This document shows positions 28,901-41,788 of a stretch of 64,000 nucleotides of DNA, one piece after another (position 1 is the first letter of the stretch; every line of letters starts with the position of its first letter). The notes under the pieces are model-generated. The model saw only the letters and a list, made by a program, of their open reading frames with translations. It was not told where the DNA came from and ran no database searches. This DNA is from Octopus vulgaris (lineage: Eukaryota): NCBI GenBank assembly GCA_951406725.2, contig OX597835.1:40610001-40674000 (forward strand), read 5' to 3'. Both the position numbers and the translations under genes were made by a program.

Positions 28901-30932
28901 CCTGATTCAGACAATTAAAATCCAGACATTTCATGTTACTTTATTATGAACCCTAAAATAAAATAATATTCCTAAGAGAGAAGTTAGTGAAAGTACCCTG
29001 TTCTTCTTCATCTGTACCCTGCCCCAGCAATAATGAATGACTGAGAGAGTAAAGAATCAATAGTTGATGCTGATTAGATCAATAATTAACAATATTGATT
29101 AACTAAATACTTTGTCATATCTCATAATGACAACTGATTGTTATCTTGTTCTTTGTCAGTCACCTGGAACTGCAGACTCAGTTCAACCAAGCAGTGAGTA
29201 AGTGGCTGTTCTGTTACAATGACTCAAGATTCTGGATAAATCTCATTGTTCAACATCTGATGATGTCGACTGATCGATTTACTTTGAACCAGTGAAACAT
29301 GTTACTTCACAACATACCGCTAAAGACAAAAAGCAATAAATAAATAAATAAATAAAAAAAAAGGGGTTTCTAAATGCTGTTGCAGGAGTTGATCTTGTTT
29401 TGACTCACAGATGTTGAAACTGAAAAACAGAACAAAGTCCAAGGCTAGCATTCTCAGGTTGCAAAAGCCTCAACTATTATTCCGCACTTCAAAGAATTTA
29501 CCTCAAAATGCTTTCATTATGTAAGATAATCTCTTACCTGAAGGTACTTCCACCTTAAATTCTTCAATCATTAATGAATATTTGAAGGGATAAGGTATAA
29601 ACCTTAATTTTCCCAGCATTACTAAATATTTCATAGTTTACTAATCCTCAATTTTTCACATTACTTATGAAAAGTTTCAAGAGGGAAAATATCTTCCCTC
29701 TAAATTCTGCTTTCTTTAATGAAAAATTCCAGGTGTATGCATCAGAAATTTTCCCATCATTTATAGAAGTTTCAAGAGAGAAGATATTTTCACTCTAAAT
29801 TCTGCTTTATTCACTGAAAAAATTTAAAGAAGGTAGATACACCCAAAATTTTCCTTTACTTTAAGAAAGTTCCAAAGGAAAAGGTATACCCCTGATCTTC
29901 TTCATGAAAAGTCTACCCACTTCATAGAAAATTTCAAGGGACAAAACATACCCTCTCTCTAAACAAATTTTACCTTCTTTATAAAAAAAATTTATGGGAG
30001 AAGGCATACCCTCTTTCTCCAAACCCAAAATTATACCATCTTCATAGAATATTTCAAGGCAGAAAGTCCAATACTCACCTGAAAATTTCTTTTAATTCTC
30101 TATTTGTCAGATCTTCTCTTTGAATTCAACTCCCTTTTGATAAAAACCTCCAGTCAGACTATGAGTTGTTACTCAAATTATAAAAATAGCAATAGAGAAT
30201 TAGGTTTAACCCTGAGCTACCTTGTAACCCTCAGTAAGGTCAAGTGAATGTGTTGAAGAGATACGCTGAAGATTAAGCAAGTCGAAAATAGCTTGGACTA
30301 TATTTTAACCATTAGAAAAATAAAAGGCTTCACTGCAAAACTTGTTTACAGAGAAGTTCAAATGTTTATTTGGTTGTCTGCTTTGTTTGCTTTTCTTTTT
30401 TCCAATTGATTGATTGATTGATTCCAGTTCCAGCCTGTGAGCTGTGGCCATGCTGGGGCACATGAGCTTCGTAACATTAATGAATACTTAAGCGGGTAAT
30501 ATTTTGTCTAATAACATTGATGAGCAATATGGCAGTGAGCTTCTATAATATATGCATGACCCTATCTGCCTATCTATGACACCCTGTATCTCAAGGTAAA
30601 CAACCCCTTTCTTCCTCCACAATGTGACCCCCACACTTCACCAAGTAGCTGTGTATGACACAGGTGAATGTCGTTAATAGGATTTAGGGAATTTCTGAGA
30701 TATTTGCCATTGACGTGGGCGATACCATGATGTACTAATGCTAGAGTGCAAGAGTGTAATAGAGTGTGTTTGTGTATGTATGTGTTTGTGTGTGAGTTTA
30801 TGCATATGGAAATGTATTGTGTATGCACGTGCGGGTGTGTGTGTATGTAAGAGAGAGAATGTATGCGTTTGTTTATGTATAGAATGTTACTCCCAACTAT
30901 GTCAAATATTATTGAAGACACTGTACAAAATG

Positions 30933-30967
<35 letters not shown>

Positions 30968-31087
30968 CATTATATGTATACAAATGCAGGCACACTCACA
31001 TATACCTCTTATCATGTATGAAAATATGTGTGTGTGTGTGTGTGTGTATGTGCATGAAAGTAAGCCATTTATAATAACAATCAACTG

Positions 31088-31479
31088 CTACCACCAGTTG
31101 CGTAATATCGAAGAAATGACAGTGTACTGGATATACGCAGAGACAATATAAAACGTGTGATATAAAAGGTCACCGAGCAAGTCAGGAGAAATCTGCCGAG
31201 CCCCAATTCTTGGAAAGTCCCGCTTCTGCTGGTCCGTCATGCTTAAGAGGACCCCATGCTTGTAGTAGTTGCCCAACATCTTCTCCTTTTCAATGTACAG
31301 TTCATTCATCCAGTCTGTGAGTCCTTTGTTGTCGACAGGGATCTTGTTGGCAGGGTATATCCGATAATGCATAAGGATATGACAGGGGGGCCAATAGCCA
31401 ATACCAATACCATGGATATCAAGAGGCCGACCTTTAGGATATGCGATAGTGACATCCACAACATACTTGAATTTGGGAT
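31088..31479 (-). CDS. LPGAT1: LPGAT1-like last coding exon, acyltransferase C-terminal domain
   Basis: ttccag acceptor; (D)PKFKYVVDVTIAYPKGRPLDI...HYRIYP...LTDWMNELYIEKEKMLGNYYKHG...LRNWW then TAG. Confidence 0.93.
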
Positions 31480-31640
31480 CTGGAAATAAAAATAAAAATA
31501 AAAATCACAGGAAATCATTGTTAAGTACTGGGGGTTCATGTAATTGACTAATTCCCACCTTTCAAATTTAGGGGCTTCTGCCTAAATTAGCCTAAATTAG
31601 AAAATTTCATTTTTATTAATACTTTGAAAACATTGCCTTC

Positions 31641-32040
31641 ATCATTATCATTTAACGTCCATCTTCCATGCATGCATAGGTGAGACAGCTGACGGGAGCT
31701 GGCCAGGTAGAAGGCTACCCCAGGCTACTGTGTCTGTTTTGGCAGGGTTTTTACAGCTGGATGCCCTTCCTAACACCAACCACTCCACAGAGTGGACCGA
31801 GTGTTTTTTTTATGTGGTACCAGCACAAGCAAGGTCACTTTTGGCATGGTTTCTACAGCTGGATGCCCTTCCAAATGCCAACCACTTTACAGTGTGGACT
31901 GGATGGTTTTTATGAGGCACCAGTACTGGCAGGGTCACCAAGTAACTTGCAAGACAAGGGATTTCGAAAGGGAAGGGGACATTGGAGGAGGGGACCTTGT
32001 CTCAGATGATGAAGGGTTAGAGTGTGATAGAGACACAGAG
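31641..32040 (-). mobile_element. RTE 3' UTR with internal duplication
   Basis: Two copies of ttttacagctggatgcccttcc. Confidence 0.7.
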
Positions 32041-32442
32041 AGGCATACATACATACACACACACGCACCCATACATACAAACACACATATACATACACAC
32101 ATACATACACACATACACACATACATACACACATACATACATGCACACATACATACATACATACATATACACACATACATACATGCATACATACACACAC
32201 ACACACATACATGCATACATACATAGAAACACACTAAAACTGTTTGTTTTTATGCTGAGTTATAATAAAAACAATCTTACATAAACTGAAGATCGACTCA
32301 ATACTTTTTTGTTGAGTACATATTCATTGCACTTTTACAAGAGGACGAGTGACAATAACTTTGAAGTTTTGGACAGCTAATCTTCATAGCAAGCAGGCAG
32401 AAACTTTGAAGTCACTATCATCATTCTTCTTTTAAAAGTATG

Positions 32443-32483
<41 letters not shown>

Positions 32484-32486
<3 letters not shown>

Positions 32487-32878
32487 CGCAGGAGTGGCTG
32501 TGTTGTAAGTAGCTTGCTTACCAGCCACATGGTTCCGGGTTCAGTCCCACTGAGTGGCACCTTGGGCAAGTATCTTCTACTATAGCCTTGGGCCGACCAA
32601 AGCCTTGTGAGTGGATTTGGTAGACGGAAACTGAAAGAAGCCCATCGTATATATGTATGTATGTGTGTGTGTGTGTGTGTCTGTCCCTCCAACATTGCTT
32701 GACAACCGATGCTGGTGTATTTACGTCCCTGTAACTTAGCGGTTCGGCAAAAGAGACCGATAGAATAAGTACTAGGCTTATAAGTCTTGGGGTCAATTTG
32801 CTCAACTAAAGGCGGTGCTCCAGCATGGCTGCAGTCAAATGACTGAAACAAGTAAAAGAGTAAAAGAGAGTAAAATGA
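32484..32878 (+). mobile_element. SINE family B
   Basis: ggcgcaggagtggctgtg...gactgaaacaagtaaaagag. Confidence 0.85.
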
Positions 32879-32879
32879 G

Positions 32880-32923
<44 letters not shown>

Positions 32924-33214
32924 TACACACACATGATCAGCTGTGGATTTTAGTTAAAAAATGAAGCACTAAACTATACTAAAATAGTGAAGCATGTGGT
33001 GTTGGTGTTGGTGGTGGGGGGCATATATTATAGTTGTACTAATAAATGATGCTCATAAATCTGAGTTTCATGCTCTACACTTGTCAGACATGAATGTTTT
33101 GGATTTAAGTTGTGGCACATCAAAAGATGACTGTTGTGGAAGTCCTACACGAGAAGCTTTTGGGGAAAATACATTAGAAATTATTGTTTATAAAGGGAAA
33201 AAAAAAGTCATTAT

Positions 33215-33418
33215 TCTTTTACTTGTTTCAGCCATTTGACTGTGGTTATGCTGGAGCACTGTCTTTAGTCGAGCAAATCGACCCCAGGACTTATTCTTTT
33301 TAAGTCTAGTACATATTCTAACAGTATCTTTTGCTGAACTGCTAAGTTATGGGGACGTAAACACACCAGCATCGGTGGTCAAACGATGTTGGGGGCACAA
33401 ACACAGACACACAAACGT

Positions 33419-33449
<31 letters not shown>

Positions 33450-33968
33450 CGACGGGCTTCTTTCAGTTTCCATCTACCAAATCAACTCACAAGGCTTTGG
33501 TCAGCCCGAGGCTATAGTAGAAGACACTTGCCCAAGGTGCCATGCAGTGGGACTGAACCCAGAACCATGTGGTTGGTAAGCAAGCTACTTACCACACAGC
33601 CTACATATATATATACATATATATATACGACGGGCTTCTTTCAGTTTCCATCTACCAAATCAACTCACAAGGCTTTGGTCAGCCCGAGGCTATAGTAGAA
33701 GACACTTGCCCAAGGTGCCATGCAGTGGGACTGAACCCAGAACCATGTGGTTGGTAAGCAAGCTACTTACCACACAGCCTACATATATATATACATACAT
33801 ATATATATACGACGGGCTTCTTTCAGTTTCCATCTACCAAATCAGCTCACAAGGCTTTGGTCAGCCCGAGGCTATAGTAGAAGACACTTGCCCAAGGTGC
33901 CATGCAGTGGGACTGAACCCAGAACCATGTGGTTGGTAAGCAAGCTACTTACCACACAGCCACTCCTA
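33215..33968 (-). mobile_element. SINE family B with triplicated head
   Basis: Three near-identical ~180 bp head units starting at 33451, 33629 and 33811. Confidence 0.85.
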
Positions 33969-34646
33969 AGAATTAACAGCATTGAGGTAGCAATCCATTG
34001 TTGAGGGTAACTGAATTACTTCCCTTGGTTGAGACATCAAGTTAAGAGAATTAAAAACTTGATGAGAATAGAAAATTATAACTGTACATATAGAGAGAAG
34101 GGGAGAGCCGGAGGTAGTTGGAGAGAAAGAAGAGGAAGAGAGAGAAGGGAGAAAGAGAGAGGAAGAAGAGAGAGAGAGAGAGAGAGAGAGATGAAGAAAA
34201 TAATAAATAAATGGAAGACAAAGATTTAATAGATGAATGGATGGACAGAGTCAACTACAAGAAGTGGTTGGAGATGGCAGTATTTATGTTGACTGCCAAA
34301 TGGCCCCTTGAACTGAGAATGTACTTCCAGTTCAGTAGCTAACCCTGATTTGGCATTCAGATACATCCCATGTGTGAGGTAGCTCTGAAATATACATCCC
34401 TTGCTTACATGAGCAGAAATACATTCTTAGATACTGGTCTAAACCACCAAAAGGGAGCTAACCCTGATATTCCCAAACTGACTTTCATAGTGAACCTTTC
34501 ATACACCCATTCCACCATTAAATCTTTTAGTCCTCTATTCATTTATTACTTCCTTCCTACACCATTCTCTCTCTCTCTCTTTACCTCCCTCTACCTCTTC
34601 CCCACCCTATCCCTCTACACCAACAGCTATAATTTTCTGTCCTTTA

Positions 34647-34822
34647 AGGTGGTGAGCTGGCAGAAACGTTAACACGCCGGGCGAAATGCTTAGTAGTATT
34701 TCATCTGCCGAGGTCGACTTTGCCTTTCATCCTTTCGGGGTCGATTAAATAAGTACCAGTTACGCACTGGGGTCGATATAATCGACTTAATCTGTTTGTC
34801 TCTCCTTGTTTGTCCTCTCTGT
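34647..34822 (+). mobile_element. SINE family C
   Basis: ggtggtgagctggcagaaacgttaacacgccgggcgaaatg... Confidence 0.8.
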
Positions 34823-34984
34823 TTTCTGAACTTTATTTTCAGTAAGAGAAATGACTCTTCAATCCTTGATCATGAGTTGCCACCCTTTTAGTATTAACCC
34901 TGGATAAAGAAAACGTTATTATAAGTGGAAGAATTGATGGGACAGATTTTAGGGCAGTGACCCCAGTGCGTAACTGGTACAAAA

Positions 34985-35662
34985 TAGCCAATGTGAAATT
35001 TTGCATTAAAATTGGCAAGTCCGCTACAGAGACCCTGAGCATGTTTCAGAAGCATTGGGCTGTACGCAATGAATGATTTGAGTGGCATGGGTCCTTCAAA
35101 AGTGACGGAATGTCCTTGGAAGATGATGAATGTTCTGGAAGACCTGCCACAAGCATCACCCCCAGAAATGTGGTATTGTGCATCAAGAATTCGTTCCCCA
35201 GGGCCAGATCACCAATCGAGAGTTCTTCTGTGACGTTTTGAAACGTTTGAGAGAAGACATTTGGCGAAAGCAAGTGGATCTGTGGAGTGCAAAGAATTGG
35301 ATTCTTCACCAAGCTCTCCTCACTCATGAGTTTCTTGCCAAAAGCAACACAGGTACCACTTCCACACCTGCCCCATTCATCAGATTTAGCACCTGCAGAC
35401 TTCCATCTCTTCCCGAAAATGAAAATGCAGTTCAAAGATTGGTTTTACCATTGCTGTTGAGATCCAGAGTGAATTGCAGAAGGTCGTTCACTCACTTATG
35501 GGAAACGACTTCTAAACTGGATTCCGAAAGAGGCAGGAACACTGGAACAGGTGTATTGCTGTGCAAGGTGACTATTTTGAAGGAGATGATGTTAAAACTT
35601 AAGTAAAGGAAATATTTTTTATTAAACATAATTAGTCCAGAAACCTTTTGATACCACCTCAT
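34985..35662 (+). mobile_element. Decayed mariner transposon
   Basis: NVKFCIKIGKSATETL, GIVHQEFVPQGQITNREFFCDVLKRLRE and HSSDLAPADFHLFPKMK (YSPDLAP motif) in broken frames; TIR-like end ccagaaaccttttgataccacctcata. Confidence 0.85.
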
Positions 35663-35696
35663 AACAGATAAGAAACTATTAAAAAATAGTTAAAAA

Positions 35697-36059
35697 GAGG
35701 CACAGGATTGGCTGTGTGGTAAGTAGCTTCTTACCAACCACATGGTTCTGTGTTCAGTCCCACTGCATGGCACCTTAGGCAAGTGTCTTCTACTATAGCC
35801 TTGGGCTGACCAAAGCCTTGTGAGTGGATTTGGTAGATGGAAACTGAAAGAAGCCCGTCATATATCATCATCATCATCGTTTAACGTCTGTTCTCCATGC
35901 TAGCATGGGTTGGGCGGTTCAACCATGGTCTGGGAAGCCAGGAGGCTGCACCAGGCTCCAGTCTGATCTGGCAGTGTTTCTACAGCTGGATGCCCTTCCT
36001 AATGCCAACCACTCCGTGAGTGTAGTGGGTGCTTTTTACATGCCACCGGCATGTGTGTG

Positions 36060-36095
<36 letters not shown>

Positions 36096-36342
36096 TATAT
36101 ATATGTGTGTGTGTGTGTGTGTTTATATGTTTGTGTGTCTGTGTTTGTCCCCCACAACACATTGCTTGACAACTGATGGTGGTGTGTTTACATTCCCGTA
36201 ACTTAGCGGTTTGGCAAAAAAGACCAATAGAGTAAGTACTAGGCTTACAAAGAATATGTCCTGGGGTCGATTTGCTCGATTAAAGGCGGTGCTCCAGAAT
36301 GGCCACAGTCAAATGACAAACAAGTAAAAGAGTAAAAGAGAA
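35697..36342 (+). mobile_element. SINE family B with nested RTE 3' UTR (35865-36052, minus)
   Basis: SINE head and tail separated by a family A insert at the internal microsatellite. Confidence 0.8.
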
Positions 36343-36364
36343 TATCATGTAATGAAGAACTTAC

Positions 36365-36492
36365 CATTATTAATGGAATTGTTGTTGGCAACTGTTTTCC
36401 TTTCAGCCATTTCTTCCAAAATCACTTGCATTGCACCAACTCTTGGCAATGTAATATTCTCCAGAACTGGTAGATTTTGTTTCTTTGCATAT
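36365..36492 (-). CDS. LPGAT1: LPGAT1-like exon with LPR.GA motif
   Basis: ttttag acceptor, gtaagt donor, 128 nt; phases fit both neighbours: (R)YAKKQNLPVLENITLPRVGAMQVILEEMAERKTVANNNSINN(D). Absent from the ORF track. Confidence 0.92.
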
Positions 36493-36614
36493 CTAAAAAC
36501 CAAAACAGCTTAAAACTCATTCCCTTTATCAATTAATCAAACATGGATTTTGCTAAAAAGTAAGTAACAGGAATAATAAAACTCATGTTACAATCAGGTG
36601 TGCTGTGTCACAGT

Positions 36615-36928
36615 TGTAACTGTAATACTTCCTTCTTCTCGAGCCATGACTGGCTCATAAGGGCCGGTTTCCCGGTTTCCTTGGCGTATAGGTTCCCCAC
36701 CTGGATGGTACGCTGGTCCGTCACAGGTGAGCTGCAAGATGCAGGACGAAAGAGGGAGAGAAAGTTGTGGCAAAAAAGTCAGCAGAAGTTTGCCATTACC
36801 TTTTGCCTGAGCTGTGTGGAGCTTAAGTGTTTCGCTCATAAACATGCACATCGCCCAGTCTGAGATTCGAACCCGCGATCCCTCGACCACGAGTCCACTG
36901 CTCTAACCACTAAGCCATGTGCCTCCAC
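36615..36928 (-). mobile_element. tRNA-derived SINE family D
   Basis: Minus strand ggaggcacatggcttagtggttagagc...gggttcgaatctc. Confidence 0.8.
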
Positions 36929-38300
36929 AACTGTAATACTACTGTAACTTAATACAAAAATCAATTTTCTGGAACATTTGGTTCTGAAACCTTTCCAGAT
37001 TACTGATTTTTTCTAACCAGGGTTGGTCACCTTGGTCAACAAACTCTAAACTAAACAAATATTAAATTTACTTAAACAGTTAAATGAAGTACAGATCAGC
37101 AGCCCAATAAAAGGGTCAAGGACATGCTGTTCCTCCTCTGAGAAAACCATGAAAACATCTATAATTGGGTGAGGGCCTTCTAGGGCCTTCTCCTAAAAGC
37201 TTCTGTTGTAGTTTAGTTTAACTGAAGCAGAATTTGCTAAAACACTCAAGTCAAAGAAGGTGCCTCTAAGTAGCTACTTGAGTTGCTGAGAATAGCAGCC
37301 AAATCTCTTTCATTGTGCTCTACCATGCTTAGAAAGGAAGGCGACATGCAGCTCCAAGTCTACATTATACTTGAAGGCATCTAGTTTGACCCTGCCTGAG
37401 ATTTGAAACCAAATCTATCTGCTTGTTACTTGTCAGAACAAGTGGCAAATCCTCTCCACACGAGATGATTGATAAGGAAACACAGATCCTCCAGAGAAAC
37501 TCCAGAGATACAGCATTTCGAACAGCTATTCAACCAAGAACTGACTGGATAACTCTATGGAAGCCCACACGTGCAACCTTTTTCGACAGCCATAGACTCG
37601 AACTTTCTTTGCATGCACCCATTTTTGCACTTCAAATGCTACTTTTTAGCTTTTCAGGACCAAGACACTTTCTAGTCAAGTTTGTCATTTTCACTTATTT
37701 CATTCTGCTTTGCTTGTTGCTTGTCAAAACAAGTGGAAAATTCTCTCCACACCAGATGATTGATGAGGAAACACTGGACCCCCTAGGACCTGTGCTGGTC
37801 AAGGAAAGGTCAGTCCTTTGTTTAAGGTTTGACCTACATTACTGACCACAGTCTATATAACAGAGAGAATTTCCTATCTCTTCCTCTTATGCATCAGCTA
37901 TGACTAAGGAGCTCTTTTGCTTAAACCATGACCAAGAGCAGCACTTTCCTTGGCTGCAAGAAAGACAATGCCACCTTTATCCTTTCTAGTCAGCACCATG
38001 CATTTCTTACTCTTTCACTCTCTACTGACAACCTTTTTCTACTCTATCAACTACTAACCAGTGAGCCATCCTTCTTGTCACTATCACCAGAATTTCTACT
38101 GTCTCTTTAACCACCTGTCAGGCAAAAGGATAAATATATGTAAACAATATTTCTTCCTTCTTGGTCTTGATTCTTCGATGTTCACTGGTTTCTCTGATGC
38201 GAGAACCTTCAAACGTTACATCTACGCGCTACATTCAGTAGTGGGTTACCTCATACCAACCTGATACGGCACATCTCACGCAGCCTGCTACCTACTTTAG

Positions 38301-38847
38301 CCTTTTAGCATTTAAAATGGCCACATCCAGCCCAAATATGCTACTTGTTTTATGTTCTAACCAACTAGATCCAGCCTGTCACACATACCCTTCAAGGCCG
38401 TTCTAAAAATATACAATGATATCAAGAAAATTTCAAAGCTATGAGATAATGCCTGATTAATTAAGAACAATGATAAAGAAAAAGTATTACATTCAACAGA
38501 GTAATCATCATCATCATCATCATCGTTTAACATCTGCTTTCCATGCTAGCATGGGTTGGACGGTTTGACTGAGGGCTGGCTAACCAGATGACTGCACCAG
38601 GCTCCAGTCTTGATCTGGCAGAGTTTCTACAGCTGGATGCTCTTCCTAATGCCAACCACTCCGAGAGTGTAGTGGGTGCTTATTACATGCCACTGGCATG
38701 GGGGCCAGTCAGGCGGTACTGGCAACGACCTCGCTCGAATCTTTTTACACATGCCAACGGCACAGGTGCCAGTAAGGTGATGCTGGTAACGATCACACTC
38801 GAATGGTGCTTCTTACATGCCACCGGCACAGAAGCCATGCTAAAGGG
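38301..38847. mobile_element. piggyBac-like MITE family 1 split by an RTE 3' UTR (38506-38836)
   Basis: ccttttagcatttaaa start; gctaaaggg-TTAA end. Confidence 0.7.
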
Positions 38848-38995
38848 TTAAAGACAATATGATCACAGCCTGAACATTGTAAATCATAGGTCTGGTCGAT
38901 CAGGCTTGACCTGTGGTTAAACACCTTCTCTTTTTTTTTTTATCCTACTATTAGAGCTGGAGCTACACAAGAACAAAAAATTTCATACGACTTAC

Positions 38996-39132
38996 CTTTG
39001 ACTTGCAAGTTTTCTCTTGCGTAGAAAACCTCCTTCAGGAAACAAAACAAGCCATTTCCGAGGTATCGTATGGAAGGTGCTCCTTAAGTGGGAACGCAAC
39101 TGTTGTAGGGTGCTGTCACGAGCATCTTTTCC
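38996..39132 (-). CDS. LPGAT1: LPGAT1-like exon with FPEGG motif
   Basis: ctgcag acceptor, gtaagt donor, 137 nt: [45 protein letters not shown](R). Confidence 0.93.
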
Positions 39133-39736
39133 CTGCAGAAAGTTGGACGACAACAGAAAGTAGAAAATCGAAAAGTCATTTAGAAATTCAAGTGCAAGGA
39201 AATCAAACATAATTCACATTATCAGTCAAAAACTCCAGATCAGAAGATAGGGTTTGTTTGTGTTCCAGGAACCAAGTTTCTTTTATCTTTCTTTTACTTG
39301 TTTCAGTCATTGGACTGCATCCATGCAGGGGTGTCACTTTGAATTCAACCCCAGTACTTATTCTATTGGTATCTTTTGCTAAACTGCTAAGTTACAAGGA
39401 CATAAACAAACCAACATCAGTTGTTAAATGGGGACAAACACAGATACAAAGGCATGCACACAAATGATAGGCTTCCACACAGTTTCCATCTGCCAAATTC
39501 ACTCACAATACATTGGTTGGCCCAGCGCTATAGAAGAGGCCACTTGCCCAAAGTATATAGCACAATAGCAGTGGACCCTAAAACCTGAGGTCTCAAAGCA
39601 AGCTTCTAAACCTCACAGCTATGTCTGTACCTATTTGAAAATAAAAAATAAAGAATTTTCCACATTCTCACCTACTTAAAATATCATTTTATAATTCTGG
39701 AGTAACATATGCAAGAAATCTTGTCTAATTAAACAT

Positions 39737-40089
39737 AGGCGTAGGAGTGGCTGTGTGGTAAGTAGCTTGCTTACCAACTACATGGTTCCAAGTTCAGTCC
39801 TACTGTGTGGCACCGTGGGCAAGTGTCTTCTACTATAGTCTCAGGCCGACCAAAGCCTTGTGAGTGGATTTGGTAGATGGAAACTGAAAGAAGCCCGTCA
39901 TATATATGTATATATATTTTTTTCTCTCTTTGTTTCTCTCCTTGTATTTTTCTTTGTACCTTTCTGTAGAAGAGCGTAGGCTCGAAACGTAAAAGACTTT
40001 TTCTATTCCTGAGCGTTATACTAATACATCTGTTTGTTTTGTACACCACCTGTCTTCATCTTTTGTTTTTTTCATAAACTTTCCCTATG

Positions 40090-40120
<31 letters not shown>

Positions 40121-40314
40121 CTGTATTTTTCCCCCCAACATCGCTTGACAACTGATGCTGGTGAGTTTATGTCCCCGTAACTTAGCGGTTCGGCAAAAGA
40201 GACCGATAGAATAAGTACTAGGCTTACAAAGAATAAGTCCTGGGGTCGATTTGCTTGACTAAAGGTGGTGCTCCAGCATGGCCACAGTCAGATGACTGAA
40301 ACAAGTAAAAGAGT
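39737..40314 (+). mobile_element. SINE family B with nested HHR-like element (39915-40088)
   Basis: Head 39737-39900 and tail 40110-40314. Confidence 0.8.
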
Positions 40315-41129
40315 AATCTGATAAGCTACACAAATCAAAAGATAAAGCAGTACCTCATGAAGATTTCATTTTCCAGCAGGGAAAATGGACACATGATGAT
40401 GATGAGCAATATAATTAAAAGTTTTGTTTTGCCTTTTTTTTGACAAAATTCCACTATAAGATTGATTATTATTTTTTAAATAAATATTCTAAAAATTTAC
40501 AATAAGCATTCAACTAAAACTCATTAAAATTCTACAAAAATTCCACTAGAAACTGTCCTTTTTCTCTTTCTGCAAAAACACTAAATTTCCTGCTTAAAAG
40601 TGTAAAAACATTCCATGAAAAGTTTTGTACAGAAATGATTCTAAAAGGTTTCAATGAAATTTCTTCTAAAATATTCCACAAGAATTCTCCTAAAAATTTC
40701 CCACTAAAATTCTAAAATTTCTTTAAGAAAATTTTCACAAAACATCTTATCTAAATATTAATAAGATTTTACAAAAAAATCCCACAAAAAGTTTGCTCCA
40801 AAAGCTTTACTGAAAATTTTCCACAAAAATTTATAAAATGCTTTGCATGAAAATTGTAGAAGAATTCTATTAGTCATCACTGTTTAAAATCAGTTTTCCA
40901 TATGCCAAGGGCTGAATGATTTGACAGGGAGCTAAAAATCTCGAGGACTGTGCCAAACTCTATCTCTGCTTTGGCATGATTTCTATGGCTTGATGCCCTT
41001 CCTAATGTCAACCACTTCATAGAATGTACTGAGTACATATGAAGTCCCCAAGTAACTCATAAGATCCCTCGGCTGAAGGTGGGTACAGTAGTGAGAGAAG
41101 TGACTTTGTGCCAGATGATAAGAAGTTAA

Positions 41130-41346
41130 CCCTTTAGTGTTCAGATTACTGTTAATTGCAATACTTTTTCACTCAAATTGTTTTGAATTAATCATGCATT
41201 GTCTAATAGCTTTGAGGTTTCAATGATGTGATTGTTTATTTTAGAATGTCAATGTAGGTTAGGTGTGAGAGGCTAGATATCGCCCGTTTGAATGTAAAAC
41301 ATGTAGAATATCTGGGCCAGATATGGCCGGTTTAAACACTAAAGAG
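41130..41346. mobile_element. piggyBac-like MITE family 1 (reverse orientation) inserted in an RTE UTR
   Basis: TTAA on both sides; the uninterrupted paralog near 21710-21730 has a single TTAA. Confidence 0.85.
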
Positions 41347-41573
41347 TTAAAGTATGATATAGGGACAAAAACAGGTACCTTGCTGTAGAGGAGATACATG
41401 GCTACCTCAGTTGGAAAAAGGTCATGAATGGTGAAGAGGTGTGAGGGTGTACCCTCAAGTTAGAGGGGGAAAAAAATCTAAAAAATTTCAACAAAAATTC
41501 AAAAAGGTTTCTAGTGAAATTTTTTACAGAAACTCTATAAAACATTTTCAACTAAAAAAAAAATTGAACAAAC

Positions 41574-41788
41574 CTGAGTGATAAAAAAATCTCCTCTGAG
41601 ATTCGAAACAAGTCCAAAGTGAGTATATTTAAAGGTACTGTCTATAATCCACATAACCCGCTTGGACAAGTTGGCCTTGCTGTGCATCAGGTCCATCAAC
41701 GCTGGTACGTCGGCAGTGGACTGGTGATTGGCAATGAGGAGCACGTTCTCATCCAGGATGTAATTGATGTCATCACCGGTCTCGATAA
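41574..41788 (-). CDS. LPGAT1: LPGAT1-like acyltransferase exon with catalytic motif I
   Basis: cctcag acceptor, gtttgt donor, 215 nt entered in phase 1: (x)IETGDDINYILDENVLLIANHQSTADVPALMDL...KYTHFGLVSNLRGDFFITQ; HxxxxD motif. Confidence 0.92.

Noticed and set aside
29257-29304. CTGATGA...GAAACATGTT hammerhead-like spacing
   Set aside because: No helix I, and helix II does not abut the core; plausible by chance
33451-33968. CRISPR-like array
   Set aside because: Eukaryotic context; long identical SINE units with no unique spacers
40440-40870. Repeated aaaattcc-like words
   Set aside because: Low-complexity sequence with no stable period
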